Below are positions 34,765 through 43,334 of a stretch of 64,000 nucleotides of DNA, one piece after another. Numbering within the stretch: position 1 is the stretch's first letter; each line of letters begins with the position of its first letter. The position numbers and the translations under genes are program-made. The notes under the pieces are model-generated. The model was not told the DNA's origin, did not search any database, and worked only from the letters and a program-made list of their open reading frames with translations. This stretch comes from a virus, in IMG/VR virus record IMGVR_UViG_3300028800_000059, positions 1 to 64,000 of that record; one strand, given 5' to 3'.

Positions 34765-35250
34765 TTACTCTTCTACTTCGTGGAAATGTTCGACAATGCG
34801 AAGTTGAATTTTCATAATCTGGGAACAGACCAAGCCAGCCAGAGTTGCCCAGAGAGCCGTGGACATACCAATGACAAGAATTGGAACGGTATCTTGAATG
34901 TTTGTGGCATGAGACAGAACGATCTTAAACGCTTCAAGACTGATAATGAATCCAATGACGGTTCCAATCATTCCAAAATTCACGGCACTATCGGCCTTGA
35001 ACCAGAAATTTTCTAGGCGAAGGACCTTTCGTTTCCAGGTACTTATTTTCTCAAAATTGAATACCTGCCAGCACAAAATAGTTTGTGCTACTAGACAAGC
35101 GCCAGTGATAAAGAATGTCAGGAAGGTTGGATCGGCATCTAAAATTTTATCTTGAATGCCGTAATGATAACAAACGGCCACTCCAAACCAGGACAAACAA
35201 TAGATGAACCAGCAAAGAATCGTAGCCTGAAACTTTTTGAAATTATCCAT
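34765..35250 (-). CDS. MotA/TolQ/ExbB proton-channel family protein
   Basis: GMIGTVIGFII...GMSTALWATLAGLV.S signature. Confidence 0.8.
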   Translation of the reverse strand: MDNFKKFQATILCWFIYCLSWFGVAVCYHYGIQDKILDADPTFLTFFITGACLVAQTILCWQVFNFEKISTWKRKVLRLENFWFKADSAVNFGMIGTVIGFIISLEAFKIVLSHATNIQDTVPILVIGMSTALWATLAGLVCSQIMKIQLRIVEHFHEVEE

Positions 35251-35680
35251 TTAACACTCCTGGAAAAACTTTGTTTACCATGTCGGTGGTGATACCATAA
35301 ACTTGGCCAATTCGTTTCTCCAGAAGTTCACAAAAGACTTTGCTTTCACTTGGCTCCATTGCTTCAAGCATCTGGATAAGAATTTCGGTCTTGCGTTTTT
35401 CAGTCAATCCAACTGGCGTCCGAGGATTACCTTTTTCGAACAAATAAATTCTTGGAAGTTCCAGATTGATTGAGGTCCAACCCATGCCATTGGTTGAATT
35501 TGGATCGTTTTTATATGGTGGGATTGTTTCCACAGTGTAATGAATATGTGGATGAAATGAGCCCCTAAGAACCAGAGACAGTCCGGGGCAATTTTGATTG
35601 GCAGCTAAGATTTGAAGTTTTTCTTCGGGACTTTCAACAGCACCAATTTCTTTTAGAATCTCACTGATTAATTTTACCAT
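35243..35680 (-). CDS. Conserved T4-like hypothetical protein (DUF6433-like)
   Basis: LISEIL..I......EK..IL...R.E..FIQMLE....E. Confidence 0.6.
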   Translation of the reverse strand: MVKLISEILKEIGAVESPEEKLQILAANQNCPGLSLVLRGSFHPHIHYTVETIPPYKNDPNSTNGMGWTSINLELPRIYLFEKGNPRTPVGLTEKRKTEILIQMLEAMEPSESKVFCELLEKRIGQVYGITTDMVNKVFPGVLNG

Positions 35681-36118
35681 CCTAATTCCTTCTATTGTTT
35701 ATTTATGCTTTGCGCTCGTAGGCGTTGATAACAGCCTGGCGAGTGTTTGCCATGTATTTGCCTAAGGATTTCAAAATTTTTGCTCTAGGTGGAACATAAT
35801 GTCCTTCCTCAATTACCAAAGCAACTGAGGCGTAATGAAACTTGTTCAAAAGTTTTTCAAAATCAGATAGGCGCTTGGTCATTACTTTTTCTCCGCCAAG
35901 GCAATGATGAAATTTTCTAGGGCGCGGCGAGCGTTTCGCGCACGATCCGCATAGGTTTCTTTCAATATTTTTGGTGAAACGGCATATGCCGCTCTAAGCG
36001 AAATATTAAATTCGAAGTTATCCAATAGATCATTCATCTGTTCGATTTCAGGCCGGGTCATGAATTATCTCCATTTCCATTTCATTTATTATACAGCAAA
36101 TCAAAACCCTGTTCAAAC

Positions 36119-36559
36119 TTATTCTTCTGGTATTAATTCCACAACATCTTCTTCGGACAACTTGTCATATGTGACATGGTAGGATTCATCGGTGGCATCA
36201 TAAACAAAATGTTCGTCCACAAATCCTTGAAGTTGGTGTTTGATGCCGTAATGGCGCAGCAAGGCACTTTTCAGTGCCGCACAAACGAAATAAAAATCCG
36301 TTTTAAATTGTGTGGATTCTTCGTCTATCGAGACGCCAGCTTGTTGCAGATTATTATAAAGAAGGGTGGTATAATCATCCACCACTTCATTGACAAAAAC
36401 TAACTTGTGGTTTTTCAAGGCCTTCTTGAAGGCTTGAGGACTGGCTGGATGTTCGCGAACGATTTTGTGTTTAGGAAACGGTATGATCTTTGCGCCGCTG
36501 TTTTGTGGCTTTGGATCGTTTGTGTTTGCCGTCGTTGCGGCGGTGTTCTTTTTTGCCAT
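36119..36559 (-). CDS. Conserved T4-like hypothetical protein
   Basis: IIPFPK...F..D..F....LKS.L.R..G..H.LQ. Confidence 0.6.
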   Translation of the reverse strand: MAKKNTAATTANTNDPKPQNSGAKIIPFPKHKIVREHPASPQAFKKALKNHKLVFVNEVVDDYTTLLYNNLQQAGVSIDEESTQFKTDFYFVCAALKSALLRHYGIKHQLQGFVDEHFVYDATDESYHVTYDKLSEEDVVELIPEE

Positions 36560-36716
36560 TTAGTTCTTTCTCTAAAAACTGTACGCAAGCTTCCAGATTA
36601 TTTAGAACAAATTCTTGGTCACTTTCCAGGTACTCCTGGAACAAGGGATTGCTGCAACGATAATCACCAGTAACATGATATCGGCGCGGATTAATTTTCA
36701 TGTCGAATATCCACAA
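36471..36716 (-). CDS. Hypothetical protein
   Basis: ORF track; start uncertain. Confidence 0.4.
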   Translation of the reverse strand: MWIFDMKINPRRYHVTGDYRCSNPLFQEYLESDQEFVLNNLEACVQFLEKELNGKKEHRRNDGKHKRSKATKQRRKDHTVS

Positions 36717-36904
36717 TCTGGACAGTGGGTTCCAGGATCACCCATGCAAGACGTTGCATATTGATTTGGATGATCGCATTCGCGTTGGAGACCTCGGATA
36801 GAGCCTCGAATTGTTTCCACGACGCCCTGCGCCTTGCGAAGTTCGCGTTTGATGACCTCGCTTCGCTGGCGAATATCCGCCTGATATGTTGGGTCGTTAC
36901 TCAT
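36698..36904 (-). CDS. Small zinc-binding hypothetical protein
   Basis: LQRECDH...CPDCG; similar to 16118-16324. Confidence 0.55.
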   Translation of the reverse strand: MSNDPTYQADIRQRSEVIKRELRKAQGVVETIRGSIRGLQRECDHPNQYATSCMGDPGTHCPDCGYST

Positions 36905-36917
36905 TATCGTCCTCCAT

Positions 36918-37190
36918 TCATGGGTCCAACAAATTAGCCATTACGAGCAAATTTTTATCTCGTTTACTAGGATCACATTCCATGTAATAACCTCGCATGG
37001 CCATGCCAACGATTTTAGATACATCATATCCACGATCCTTGGCACAATGACAAAGATTAATCATGGCGTGACGAAATATGCCTTCCTTTTCCACTCCTTT
37101 ATATTTGGTACGGATTTGATATTCGGGAGTAGCAAAATAAGACATTTCTTCTACAATTGATACCGCATCTGGATCGATTTTCGATTTCAT
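36918..37190 (-). CDS. Hypothetical protein
   Basis: Start reassigned to MKSKID (ATGA overlap). Confidence 0.5.
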   Translation of the reverse strand: MKSKIDPDAVSIVEEMSYFATPEYQIRTKYKGVEKEGIFRHAMINLCHCAKDRGYDVSKIVGMAMRGYYMECDPSKRDKNLLVMANLLDP

Positions 37191-38365
37191 TTCACCACCC
37201 TCAAAAGAAGTGTGTCGGCGTTGATTCTTGGCTTTGGGAGGGCTGCCTTCGCGTTGATGCTTTCCATGACCTTTCGCAGCGCAACCTTGCCACCGCTCAC
37301 TACGCCCGGCAGCACCTTCTCCGGCTTGCGAAGTTTCTTGCTGGTCGCCTTCGCCCAATTCTGGATGGTCGTGCCTTTCATCGAAAGCCCACCGGCATCC
37401 ATGGCTTCAAAGACTGCCAGCTTGCGCGTTTTCGTATTGAACGTCCAAAGTTCCAACGCACCCACAATGTTGCTAGGATGAACACTGGTAATTTTGTACG
37501 TATCATCCGAAGCCTTGAACTTGACTTTGCCCGTCAACTGCGCGGCGCTCTTTACTTTCTTGGCGCGGGGCTTGCGTGAAGCCTTCGCCATCATTGCACG
37601 AGCCTCGGCGGCTTCGATAAATTCTTTGAGAAACTGGACGTAGCCCTTCAATGCTTTGGGCTTGGCGAAAGCCTCGGTCAACTGAGCGTCTTTCTTTTTG
37701 GACGCTGCCGTTGCTTCCTTGAGCATGGGCTTGTAAAATTCCGCGATCTTCTTTGCCTGCGGCCCTTTGATTTCCTGTTCGGCCAGCCAATCAGCCGGCT
37801 TGAACTGGAACTTTTTCACATTGAAGTCCACAAGCATCGCCTTATCCAACATTTCCTCGGACCCGGCGAGATATTCGCTTAACTGGGCCGCCATATGATC
37901 CTGAACCGAGAGGCGGGGCACTTCATTATCATCTTTAACAGCCGGCGCCTTGATCGATTTGCCTTCGCTGACCAGACTGTCAAATTTAGTCTGATACCAA
38001 GCCATACTCGTGGCTGGAAGTTTGCCGCCGCGCATCTGAATACGAGACGACCAACCAAACGTGATGAATTTCGATTCATGGACGGCATTGATGACGTCCA
38101 TGATTGCCTTCTTGGTCCCAATCGACTTTAGATATTCGAGAGCGAATTGTTTGGCGACCGGAGCCGCCTGAGACGCTTTTTCGAACATGGCATTGTACCA
38201 ATTATATGCCTTGATTAGTTCGAACGTCCCAAGTTCCTTGCCGTCATAATTGGCTTCGCTGCCAAGTTGCGACTGGAGAAGTTTCTCTGAAACTTTGCGC
38301 CCAGACTTCTTGAATTTCTTTGCCGGGGCTGCCAAAACAGACTTTGGTTTGGTTCTGAATTTCAT
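37187..38365 (-). CDS. Conserved basic protein of large T4-like phages
   Basis: A.NWYN; C-terminal IVGA.ELWTFNTKTRKL..F.A...GL.MKGTTI...SKKLRKP. Confidence 0.7.
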   Translation of the reverse strand: MKFRTKPKSVLAAPAKKFKKSGRKVSEKLLQSQLGSEANYDGKELGTFELIKAYNWYNAMFEKASQAAPVAKQFALEYLKSIGTKKAIMDVINAVHESKFITFGWSSRIQMRGGKLPATSMAWYQTKFDSLVSEGKSIKAPAVKDDNEVPRLSVQDHMAAQLSEYLAGSEEMLDKAMLVDFNVKKFQFKPADWLAEQEIKGPQAKKIAEFYKPMLKEATAASKKKDAQLTEAFAKPKALKGYVQFLKEFIEAAEARAMMAKASRKPRAKKVKSAAQLTGKVKFKASDDTYKITSVHPSNIVGALELWTFNTKTRKLAVFEAMDAGGLSMKGTTIQNWAKATSKKLRKPEKVLPGVVSGGKVALRKVMESINAKAALPKPRINADTLLLRVVK

Positions 38366-38544
38366 TAGTCGATTACCCAGTCTTTTGCAAGCACCGGGTC
38401 CTCCTTGCGAAGTTTACGGACACATTTTTCGTGAGCCAATTCGAAATGAACGTCACTCACATCTTCTGGATTGATAATTAGTCTAAAGCCAACACGGGCT
38501 CTTGGACTGACGGCTCGTTCACAGAAGGGACAAATGACTCGCAT
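38365..38544 (-). CDS. Small zinc-binding protein (59 aa)
   Basis: AAGGAG RBS; MRVICPFC...AHEKC; TAATG overlap. Confidence 0.6.
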   Translation of the reverse strand: MRVICPFCERAVSPRARVGFRLIINPEDVSDVHFELAHEKCVRKLRKEDPVLAKDWVID

Positions 38545-38613
38545 GACAAAACACTCCTTTACTCACGCAAAGAAAGTCTATCACAGTTTTGGTAGATATC
38601 CAAGAGAAAAAAT

Positions 38614-38688
38614 TGGTCGGACCACGGGGTGCTGCCCCCCGTCCCCCGGCTTGAAAGGCCAGTATTCTAGCTGGTAAACTATGATCCG
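38614..38688 (-). tRNA. tRNA-Glu(TTC)
   Basis: CTGGC-CTTTCAA-GCCGG; atypical T-loop GGCAGCA; CCA. Confidence 0.8.
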
Positions 38689-39074
38689 TAATGTTCCTTG
38701 CGATGGCAATTGGAACATAAAACCTCACATTTTGCAACTTCTTTCATCAAACGAGCCCAGCCATACCAAGTTAATTTATGGCCTATATTGAAATCTTTTT
38801 TTCCGTTAATATGATGAAAATCAAGACATGCTGGGTGATTTTCCCCGCATTTTACACAATTTAAAGTGGCTTTAAAGGCTCGCCACCTTTTTATTTTTTC
38901 TTTTTTCCTTAATCGAGTATCTTCAATATATTTAGATTTATTCTGTTGATAATGTGATTGATGATATTCCTTATTGCATTGAATACAATAAGCTTGTCTG
39001 TTTTTAGTAGGATGTATTCTAAAATTTTCTAGTGTTTTTGTCTGTTTACATCGATAACAAGTTTTTGTTTCCAT
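38679..39074 (-). CDS. HNH homing endonuclease
   Basis: KTCYRC...C..C; C.KCGENHPACLDFHH...KCEVLCSNCHRKEH; start METKTC. Confidence 0.8.
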   Translation of the reverse strand: METKTCYRCKQTKTLENFRIHPTKNRQAYCIQCNKEYHQSHYQQNKSKYIEDTRLRKKEKIKRWRAFKATLNCVKCGENHPACLDFHHINGKKDFNIGHKLTWYGWARLMKEVAKCEVLCSNCHRKEHYGS

Positions 39075-39326
39075 ACACGTATTTAGACTTTCAAAAAAGT
39101 CAAGAAGTGAAAACGAGAGAAGGACGCCGAAATTCTCGGGACGGTCTTTTAGAACCACGCTCTCTATTGCGGGTGTCCTTCGCTCTTTCAAACTCGGGGC
39201 GTTTTAAGCCCGCCCCGTAAGGCGTATGAGTATTTTGGGCTCCACTTCACTCCCTCAACTCACATAAAGTCTAGCACAGACCACACGAAATATGATTACG
39301 TTGTTTGTGCCGTTTTAGCAATTAAA

Positions 39327-39524
39327 TTACCCTTTGCAATGATGCTGATCGTGCTTTGATCCATTCACCGGGGTAGGGGCTTCATGATTTCCGCATGGAT
39401 GCCATGATGCAAACGCGCCTTCTGTAGTCGAACAATTATTCGGCCGACCATTATCAGCCGCAATTGCCATTCCAGAAAATCCCATGGCAACAATTAATGC
39501 CATACCTAAAATCAACTTATTCAT
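39327..39524 (-). CDS. Small secreted protein
   Basis: Signal peptide (AIA-AD), Cys residues. Confidence 0.55.
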   Translation of the reverse strand: MNKLILGMALIVAMGFSGMAIAADNGRPNNCSTTEGAFASWHPCGNHEAPTPVNGSKHDQHHCKG

Positions 39525-39614
39525 AACAAATTCCTTTCAAAGAAAAAATTCACATTGGCGAAATTGCCAATTCATCATTATATCACTTTAGAAAGGCAGT
39601 TACGAGAGCTAAAT

Positions 39615-39971
39615 TTAAGCGTCCAAAAGGGTAGTTACGATTGAGTAAAACAAACCATCTTTCAATTGCTGTTCTGCTGGCAAATCTTCGTATGGAACGA
39701 AACATGGATGTTCTTTCTTCTCCACGTCTTTCACGGAACCATATGTCCAACCGTCGGCTTCTTTATCTTTGAGCCAGTTATTGTGGCTCGCATCTGGGCC
39801 TGCGGAGAGATTTTCGGCTAGAAAATTCACCCCTGAGATACAAGAATTTTTCTGCCAATCTGGAGCCGAATCCCAATCGTTCTGAGAAAAATCTCCTAGC
39901 GATTCACAATAGGCTTTGTTGGCTTGATGGGCGATTTTTGCAATATCTTCGATTGTCATTTTAAATATCAC
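39615..39971 (-). CDS. Stand-alone RyR (ryanodine receptor repeat) domain protein
   Basis: A..AH...W...HNNW...K..DGW.YG..KD..KK.HPC.VPY..LP..Q..KD. Confidence 0.8.
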   Translation of the reverse strand: MIFKMTIEDIAKIAHQANKAYCESLGDFSQNDWDSAPDWQKNSCISGVNFLAENLSAGPDASHNNWLKDKEADGWTYGSVKDVEKKEHPCFVPYEDLPAEQQLKDGLFYSIVTTLLDA

Positions 39972-40059
39972 CTACGCCCTTAATGCCAATAGGCCGGCCG
40001 CCTTCAATAAAGATTGGAATGTAAGCAGGAAAATCTCTAATTCTCATTTTTATTTCTCC

Positions 40060-41004
40060 TTAGTTCAAAGTGTTAGTGTCTTCATTGCGGTTTCTTAGAT
40101 ACAAATCCCACTCGTGTTGAAGGTCTGGTTTGTTGCCAGCAAATTCATAAACACCATAGGAATTTCTCTTCAAATCATTATCGGGATTGAATTGATGTTT
40201 TACGAACATATCCCAACGGTCGATGTATTTTCTATCTGTCTTTCGGCCATGGAAGAAGTGTTCGATGGTGCCCCAAACAAATCCAATGTTTTTGTTAACA
40301 TGACGCAACGCCCGGGCTTCCCAACGCTTCAAGTGAGCCAAATATCCTTGTGTTACTCCACCGGGAACCGAACGGTCAACTTCACCGATCAAGGAAAGTG
40401 CCATATGATGATCTGCCGATCCCATTGCACAAATATCCAAAAGTCCGCCTAACCATTCTAAGGTAACTCGATTGGCTGCCCAACAGAATCCAGTGTGCGG
40501 ATAGGCATATGGTCCGCCGTCATGCTTCCAGAAATTCTTTTGATTAGGAATTACTGGTTGACGATTCCACCACTGATAGCAGAATGATTTATGTGCCTGG
40601 ATATGTTCATCGTTAGGGCCTAGATCGTAGGCATCTGTCCATGGTTGGACAATATCATATTGTTGAAGTGCGTGGACGGTATCCGCCGCCCATGAATTTT
40701 TTCTGAATTCGATATCGGCGTCACTCCAACAAATGTATTTCGCCTCTGGAATTCTTGCAATTCCGATGTTAAGCAAGTTTTCCTTATTCCATGTCTGTGT
40801 CTTGGCACGGACTGGAATATGATTGACGAATTTGTTGGTAGGGATAAGATCATGTGGACGTTCACCATATTGACATTCGACCACTGTCAGATTCACTCCA
40901 GAATCCAACATATGTTCCTCAAATTGTTTATAGAGATTTATTCGGGAGTCCCATCGGACAGGATTTGATATAGCAGTTACAACATGGAGCAATTCTGATT
41001 TCAT
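40060..41004 (-). CDS. GT-A fold glycosyltransferase-like protein
   Basis: WNKENLLNIG...KYI.W.DAD..F (DxD motif), G..H..HG...R.Y..RW. Confidence 0.65.
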   Translation of the reverse strand: MKSELLHVVTAISNPVRWDSRINLYKQFEEHMLDSGVNLTVVECQYGERPHDLIPTNKFVNHIPVRAKTQTWNKENLLNIGIARIPEAKYICWSDADIEFRKNSWAADTVHALQQYDIVQPWTDAYDLGPNDEHIQAHKSFCYQWWNRQPVIPNQKNFWKHDGGPYAYPHTGFCWAANRVTLEWLGGLLDICAMGSADHHMALSLIGEVDRSVPGGVTQGYLAHLKRWEARALRHVNKNIGFVWGTIEHFFHGRKTDRKYIDRWDMFVKHQFNPDNDLKRNSYGVYEFAGNKPDLQHEWDLYLRNRNEDTNTLN

Positions 41005-41023
41005 TTTTTTCCCTTTTCAAATA

Positions 41024-41098
41024 TGGTGCTTCCGTCTGGATTTGAACCAAATCCTTTCGCCTTATGAGGACGCCGTGCTGCCGTTACACCACAGAAGC
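41024..41098 (-). tRNA. tRNA(CAT), Met or Ile2
   Basis: Loop CTCATAA; canonical cloverleaf; CCA. Confidence 0.8.
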
Positions 41099-41126
41099 GG
41101 CACAACCATATTTAGTCGAAGGGAAA

Positions 41127-41582
41127 TCAGAAATCTAGAAATTTTGTGAATAATTTTCCAGCCAGTCCTAGGATGGGATTGAACAACATGACCCAATCCC
41201 AAATCTGTAACAATCTAGTTGCCAATACCACAAAAAATCCATTGATGCCAATTGTTACGACGACCGTAGGAAACCAAAACCCAGCCCTATAATCAGAATC
41301 ATCAGATTCACGTTTATCTTTGGCCCATTCACAATTCCACCATCGTTTCATTCCGATTTTCCAAAAAACAATCAGTCCAACCAGGCCCATCAATCCTAAG
41401 AAAATACTACTAGCAGCGTTCAATCGAAGAACCCACATAAAAGTATCGGCAATATCAGGACCGTATTTTATGGCTGCATCTTTCAAGAAACCACCTAAGT
41501 TTGCCATGGCATCTTGAATAGAATGTGAATTGCTAACCAAGGTACTAAGAATGTCTGTTGGTGTATTTGTTGGATCGGCCAT
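41127..41582 (-). CDS. Membrane protein
   Basis: Two or three TM segments. Confidence 0.55.
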   Translation of the reverse strand: MADPTNTPTDILSTLVSNSHSIQDAMANLGGFLKDAAIKYGPDIADTFMWVLRLNAASSIFLGLMGLVGLIVFWKIGMKRWWNCEWAKDKRESDDSDYRAGFWFPTVVVTIGINGFFVVLATRLLQIWDWVMLFNPILGLAGKLFTKFLDF

Positions 41583-41906
41583 TTATTGTAACTCCTCAGA
41601 TGAATATTTTTGCAATAAGACACAATTAATTCTGGCAATCATTTCCTTGCCTTTAGTTTTTTTTGGTTTGAATTCTTTGGCTCGCGACCAAATAAATCGT
41701 CTGTCTGTTCCAGATAATGTTGGAATATTGTGGTCTTTCAAACTCATTCGATCCAAGCATAATCCATAGGCACTGTTGGCTATCCATATAGATATTTGTG
41801 CCTTATGATGCTTCAAATTAAATCTGTCACATTCCCATCCTTTCGGATCATCTTCCAAAAGACACACAATCGCTTTGGCTAATTCCGACGGTCTAAAAAA
41901 CATCAT
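41583..41906 (-). CDS. Hypothetical protein
   Basis: ORF track; GGAG RBS. Confidence 0.55.
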   Translation of the reverse strand: MMFFRPSELAKAIVCLLEDDPKGWECDRFNLKHHKAQISIWIANSAYGLCLDRMSLKDHNIPTLSGTDRRFIWSRAKEFKPKKTKGKEMIARINCVLLQKYSSEELQ

Positions 41907-41925
41907 TATTCTCCATTAAAAAATC

Positions 41926-41978
41926 TGGGTCGAGGAAGGAATCGAACCTCCCAGCTAGGCCAGTCCAGACTTCGACCC
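41926..41978 (-). ncRNA. 53-nt mini-tRNA (acceptor stem plus T-arm, no full D or anticodon arm)
   Basis: GGGTCGA/TCGACCC-A acceptor; GGGAG-GTTCGATT-CCTTCC T-arm. Confidence 0.55.
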
Positions 41979-41985
41979 GCAAACT

Positions 41986-42081
41986 TTAGCCCTTGTGACG
42001 ATTCTTGCGACGTTCTTTGCGCTTGGTGCTGCCAATCTTGCGGCGACCTTTACGGGGGCGATTCTTATGCGGCCATGCCAA
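41986..42081 (-). CDS. Highly basic 31-aa peptide
   Basis: GGAG RBS, TTG start; MAWPHKNRPRKGRRKIGSTKRKERRKNRHKG. Confidence 0.6.
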   Translation of the reverse strand: MAWPHKNRPRKGRRKIGSTKRKERRKNRHKG

Positions 42082-42098
42082 GATGATTTCTCCAATTA

Positions 42099-42106
42099 TA
42101 TAAATA
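42099..42106 (+). promoter_or_regulatory. T4 late promoter for the inserted endonuclease
   Basis: TATAAATA exact. Confidence 0.7.
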
Positions 42107-42142
42107 CTCTACCCCAATAAGAAACCAAATGAGGAGATTGGT

Positions 42143-42820
42143 ATGATCATAGAAAACAAATATTCAAAGTGGTATTACTCTATCATAAAGAAGGCGGTAA
42201 TACAAGAAAGAAAAAGACTATCGAGAGAATCTGGTAAATACATCTATTATGAAAAACATCATATTTTACCTAAATGTCTTGATGGTAGTAATGAAGCAAT
42301 CAATCTTGTTTTGCTTACTGGTAAGGAACATTTTATTTGTCATTTATTGCTTCCTAAAATGGTGAATAATTTGGGAGAAAAAGCAAAATTGATAAATGCG
42401 TTGATTAAAATGGTTTTCGCAAAATCAAAAGGACAAAAAAGATATACATCCAAATCTTATGAATTAATTCGTAAAATGATTGCAGAAAAAAATAGCATTA
42501 TGTTTAAAGGAAAAAAGAAATCATTACAAATGAGAAAAAGATTATCTAAGACCAGAACGGGAATGAAATTTTCTGAATCGCATCGTAAAAATCTTGGTAT
42601 AGCTAATAGTAAAAGAATAGGAGAAAAAAATCCCTTTTTTGGAAAACATCATACAAAAAAATCAATGGATAAAAGAACTGCTACTAGAAAAAAGAATGGA
42701 TGGCCCGGTAAAGTTAGCACTAAAGGATATAAATGGTATAATGATGGAAATATTGAAAGTATTTCCAAAATTCCTATTTTTGGATGGAAGCCAGGACGTA
42801 TTGGTTGGAAAAAATCTTAA
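42143..42820 (+). CDS. HNH/NUMOD3 homing endonuclease (MobE-like)
   Basis: Y..WY..II..A...YEKHHILPKCLDGSN...NLV.LT.KEHFICH.LL; SESHR, NPFFGKHH repeats; opposite strand to its neighbours. Confidence 0.85.
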   Translation: MIIENKYSKWYYSIIKKAVIQERKRLSRESGKYIYYEKHHILPKCLDGSNEAINLVLLTGKEHFICHLLLPKMVNNLGEKAKLINALIKMVFAKSKGQKRYTSKSYELIRKMIAEKNSIMFKGKKKSLQMRKRLSKTRTGMKFSESHRKNLGIANSKRIGEKNPFFGKHHTKKSMDKRTATRKKNGWPGKVSTKGYKWYNDGNIESISKIPIFGWKPGRIGWKKS

Positions 42821-43092
42821 AATTCGTCGCCAAATCCACCGGCAACATTTTCTAGATATTCTGCAAGAGCATCATAGCCGCCGATGTATTGAGCATGTTG
42901 ACCATCAGGATTTGTGAAAATCTGTGGTACTAATTTCTTGTCGGTGTATTCTTCAATGATCTTATAAAATTCTCGGACAGAAATATCTCGCCCAATCACA
43001 ACTTCCCTGTAGATATGTCCAAGTCTCTTTAAAAGTTCCTTGGCCTTTTCGCACCAGGAACAATTCGGTTGTGTGTAAATGGTGAATTTCAT
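42817..43092 (-). CDS. Glutaredoxin
   Basis: CSWC active site, VPQIF, IGGYD.L. Confidence 0.9.
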   Translation of the reverse strand: MKFTIYTQPNCSWCEKAKELLKRLGHIYREVVIGRDISVREFYKIIEEYTDKKLVPQIFTNPDGQHAQYIGGYDALAEYLENVAGGFGDEF

Positions 43093-43334
43093 GGTCGTAT
43101 TACCGGGTAAGAACCATATTGAACAAACGCATCGTTACATGCCTGTTTTAATTCTGGCGTAAAATTCGAATTGTATTCATACACGTTGTATTTTTTGCAT
43201 AGATTGTATGTTCTATATAAGGTTTCTAATTTTGGGTCTTTATAGGTTGGTCCCTGGGCAGCGAGAAATAACAAAACAAAAATCTCGACAACAAAAGATA
43301 ATATCAAACCAACAAGAATATGTGATTGTTTCAT
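43089..43334 (-). CDS. Small membrane-anchored protein
   Basis: N-terminal TM. Confidence 0.5.
   Translation of the reverse strand: MKQSHILVGLILSFVVEIFVLLFLAAQGPTYKDPKLETLYRTYNLCKKYNVYEYNSNFTPELKQACNDAFVQYGSYPVIRP

Noticed and set aside
34198-35016. 272-aa plus-strand ORF
   Set aside because: Antisense shadow of the MotA/MotB-like genes
33629-35250. Zorya defence system
   Set aside because: The partner lacks an OmpA-like domain, the MotA-like protein lacks ZorA's long tail, and no ZorC/D/E is present
39075-39191. N-terminal extension of the HNH ORF
   Set aside because: Overlaps a structured GC-rich element; homology starts at METKTC
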